In this document: positions 63,467 to 64,000 of the stretch, one piece after another
How the letters are laid out: the number at the start of each line of letters is the position of its first letter
Position numbering within the stretch: the stretch's first letter is position 1
Virus record (IMG/VR): IMGVR_UViG_3300042507_004023
Strand: one strand, 5' to 3'
From: a virus
DNA length: 64,000 nucleotides
Position numbers and translations under genes: made by a program
Notes under the pieces: generated by a model
The model's input: only the letters and a program-made list of their open reading frames with translations
Databases searched by the model: none
Told to the model about the DNA's origin: nothing

Positions 63467-64000
63467 TGATTTTCCTCTGTAATTCTGAGAAATTGTTGTC
63501 TGCCCAATATCCCTTAATGGCTTCACCTAGTTTGGTTTTGTAGTCATCAGGATTCTTTTTGAAAACTTGTGTTACACCGTCTTCCGCCGTAACAAGAATG
63601 ACAACCTGCGGAATTCTTTCACCAAAATTCTCTAGCCACATATACGAGTATGCGGCAGTTTGTTCAAAGTAGTTACCTATCCACTCTTCTTTACGAGCGG
63701 TGCGGGCGGTCTTGAAGTCAATCACAGAAAGCACTCCATCGTAAACACCTATGCAGTCAAATCTGCCTGCCATACGAAGTGTATCTGAACATAACTGCAT
63801 TTCCTGTGCTCGCCAACTGCTGATTTTATTCAAATTTGGAACAAGTTGGTTGAACAACATTTGAGCCGTTGAATCTTCGGTTTTGTATTCAATTCCGTTC
63901 AGGTGTTCTTCCACCATGCGATGAACCGTCGTGCCACGACTAGTAGCCTGTTCAGAAACTTTTTGATTTTCAGGCTTCTGTCTCCACTTTGCCCAAAAGT
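63435..64000 (-). CDS. PD-(D/E)xK exonuclease (5' end outside the window)
   Basis: Open frame to the edge: AKWR...ATSRGTTVHRMVEEHL, E..L, AGRFDCIG...IDFKT, Q.AAY. Confidence 0.85.
   Translation of the reverse strand, partial: FWAKWRQKPENQKVSEQATSRGTTVHRMVEEHLNGIEYKTEDSTAQMLFNQLVPNLNKISSWRAQEMQLCSDTLRMAGRFDCIGVYDGVLSVIDFKTARTARKEEWIGNYFEQTAAYSYMWLENFGERIPQVVILVTAEDGVTQVFKKNPDDYKTKLGEAIKGYWADNNFSELQRKINEVVNTTIQA

Noticed and set aside
1-64000. Stop-codon reassignment
   Set aside because: Conserved genes are full length under code 11, and TAA, TAG and TGA all end genes at expected positions.

Overview
Part of the genome of a large T4-like myophage, probably an uncultured aquatic lineage. No tRNA, rRNA, CRISPR array, intron, intein or transposon was recognised. 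All family names come from motif recognition by eye, not from database searches. Layout: (1) 1-8213 (+): probable head-associated proteins, led by a ~995-aa fusion of HIGH nucleotidyltransferase, RimK ATP-grasp ligase, retropepsin-like protease and a DUF3140-like domain, then primase. (2) 8231-19539 (+): thyX, a late-promoter-driven fibre cassette (collagen protein, 1278-aa fibre, three tandem paralogues, putative chaperone), class II B12-dependent nrdJ and a RuvC-like resolvase. (3) 19610-55617 (-): fibre and baseplate operon (gp48, gp53, gp27-like, gp5, PAAR, holin-like, gp25, gp6, 3120-aa gp7, gp8, DUF4815-like protein, tail-collar fibres). (4) 55695-61428 (+): gp4, gp2, gp54, gp26, gp51, tape measure. 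(5) 61429-64000 (-): gp32, gp59, gp33, a small ORF and a truncated PD-(D/E)xK exonuclease. Most unusual: a ~790-aa Gly/Cys block in gp7 with 14 copies of DCxGCSGxxxCxGC (one more copy in a tail-collar fibre); the RimK/protease polyprotein with capsid-targeting-like and prohead-protease-like signals; G-x-T motifs across virion proteins; several apparently leaderless transcripts.
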